Source of the DNA: Takakia lepidozioides
Taxonomy: Eukaryota > Plantae > Bryophyta
Direction: 5' to 3'
Length of the DNA stretch: 64,000 nt
Assembly: GCA_030704615.1 (NCBI GenBank)
Contig: CM060733.1
Coordinates: forward strand, 25,110,001-25,174,000
Made by a program: the position numbers and the translations under genes. Under the pieces are notes generated by a model that saw only the letters and a list, made by a program, of their open reading frames with translations, was not told where the DNA came from and did not search any database. Positions 63,401-64,000 of the stretch are shown here, one piece after another (the stretch's first letter is position 1; each line of letters starts with the position of its first letter).

Positions 63401-63637
63401 TATGACCAGGGTGGGCAAAACAAACGTGACACAGCCTATCACAGCCCGCCAAGGCGCAACACAGCCTATCACAGCCCATCACGACGTGACACAGCCAACA
63501 CAGCCCATCACGACGTGACACAGCCTATCACAGCCCATCACGACGCAACACAGCCTATACAACATACCACAGCGTGTCACAGCCTATCACAGCTTACCAC
63601 AGTGCATCACAGCCTATCACAGGGTAACACAGTATGA
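60284..63637 (+). CDS. Pol: reverse transcriptase, RNase H, integrase
   Basis: MDGFSGYNQ, MPFGLCNAPATFQR, VFLDDFSV; HCDAS..ERNYSTTEREALA; HHCC (H.G..GGHF..C.KC.EC), WGLDFVGP, ISDQGSHF, GNGQAE; GPY motif WKGPYVI. No internal stops. Confidence 0.95.
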   Translation: MGAGCGDAAGKPKLFKRYLLWCSVATPIEEETSSYPPHFYEEKEGEIEILEEPATVSLKDEVVTGWTITADEQVREVNVGTQEEPRMVKVGADLEPEFFEEAKSLFIKYRDVFAWSYEDLKGIPPEVCQHKIELEPGSVPIKQARYRMNPNYAQKVGEEIKKLAEAKFIYPIEYTTWLSPIVIVPKKNGKLRVCVNYKKLNACTKKDPFPLPFTEAVLDTVAGHEMYSFMDGFSGYNQVQVAEEDQGKTAFITDWGAYAYKVMPFGLCNAPATFQRVISESFHEYLDDFMQVFLDDFSVYSSKNEHLHKLELCLARCRMRGLGLNPEKCTFCVNSGVLLGHIVCKKGLLVDPRKTESIKVSPPPVNVKSLRRFLGQTSYYRRFVKRYAQIAAPLSKLLKKDAVFAWTAECQQAFEELTLSVTTTPVLINPHWHVVFHVHCDASGEALGAVLAQNVTGNIDSPVYYASRLMNSAERNYSTTEREALAMIYAVKKFRHYLLGRKFMFYVDHQALIYLVNKPLISGRIARWLIILHEFEFEVIYKPGRLHLVADHLSRLTTGEAATGVDDQLPDASLFVMEVQGSADEWLDWQWPIRYYLAHGQCPPSYGKEQRKRIAIKALPYTMVGSRMYKLGPDGVLKRCLYHHEVNKVLEEVHKGVAGGHFGEETTSRKILLAGYWWPTLFKDVHEYCQKCDECQRLGPLQRSGRMALHPTMPTEPFQKWGLDFVGPINPPSKNTRNRYIITATDYTTKWVEAKALRDNTAKSTARFLYENILTRFGCPLEFISDQGSHFMNETIELLTKEFMIVHRKSTTYYPQGNGQAEATNKILCTILAKIVNANRTDWDTKLLTALWSYRTSYKVTTKYTPFQLVYGMEALLPVEFLLPTMRTEWGKRMELQDSIKVRKHELYHVEEVRADAADNMTRIQMKRKEQFDEGKLKTFKTGDLVLWLQKKGKIQASKLKSPWKGPYVIQKMYDNNTAMLQTINKEMLGRVNANKLKGYSGIHDKPLQHDLHVEPQEQSRAAPVLRTEYGTLVARPSIYDQGGQNKRDTAYHSPPRRNTAYHSPSRRDTANTAHHDVTQPITAHHDATQPIQHTTACHSLSQLTTVHHSLSQGNTV

Positions 63638-63666
63638 CACAGCCTGTCACAGCTCAACACAGCCTA
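63424..63666. repeat. CACAGC-based ~10-bp monomer array with ~30-bp higher-order units, at the pol 3' end
   Basis: ACAGCCTATC / ACAGCCCATC / ACGACGTGAC monomers, translated as DTAYHSP..RR and TQPITAHHD repeats. Confidence 0.9.
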
Positions 63667-64000
63667 CTAAAGTTACACGATCCATAGAATCAGTGACAAG
63701 TGGACACATAAAAACTTCAGGAAAATGGATGACGGAAGAGGAAACGGAAATTACTTTAAAAATAGACACGTGGAGGTCAGGGTGCGACACACAGCAGAGA
63801 ATGAAGTGCAAGGACAGGTGTCAAAAAGAAAGAGGACAAGAACGGCCGTCAAATGGGATGAAAGGCGGGCCCATTAATGAATACGGAAAAAGGGAAACGG
63901 AACGAACGGCAAGTACAGAAAAGCCGAATTCATGTCGCATGTGTGATCCTAGTGGACTATCCAACAGGGAAAGTCCACTAAAGAAGATAAAAGTTAAAAT

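Larger units (their letters stand above)
55751..64000 (+). mobile_element. Ty3/gypsy LTR retrotransposon, non-chromovirus (Athila/Phygy-like), continues past the window end
   Basis: Domain order gag-PR-RT-RH-IN, no chromodomain, no extra archaeal-type RNase H seen. The left boundary is tentative (TGTAGAGGG at 55751); the 3' LTR is not in the window. Confidence 0.85.

Overview
Eukaryotic nuclear DNA from a land plant, most likely a non-seed plant such as a bryophyte (inferred from gene content, intron sizes and TE types). Intact spliced genes: VPS39 (+, 13 exons), a UCP012943-type conserved protein (+), an MTP6-like CDF metal transporter (+) and a class II HD-Zip transcription factor (-). There is also a single-exon 126-aa ORF carrying a motif I recall from small fungal hypothetical proteins. 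Between these genes is TE debris: a copia gag interrupted by a hAT-type MITE, intron-less GDSL-lipase pieces fused tail-to-tail with gypsy RT fragments, an inverted RNase H duplication, a copia RT/RNase H remnant, a PPR-DYW pseudogene and a LINE 3' remnant. The last 12 kb hold a decayed, repeat-rich putative CACTA/Plavaka-like DNA transposon interrupted by a young non-chromoviral Ty3/gypsy element. That element carries an extra upstream ORF with an F-box-like motif, a three-knuckle Gag with RGNYQGN repeats, and CACAGC arrays at both ends. The F-box-like accessory ORF is the best candidate for an undescribed system; its function is a hypothesis only.
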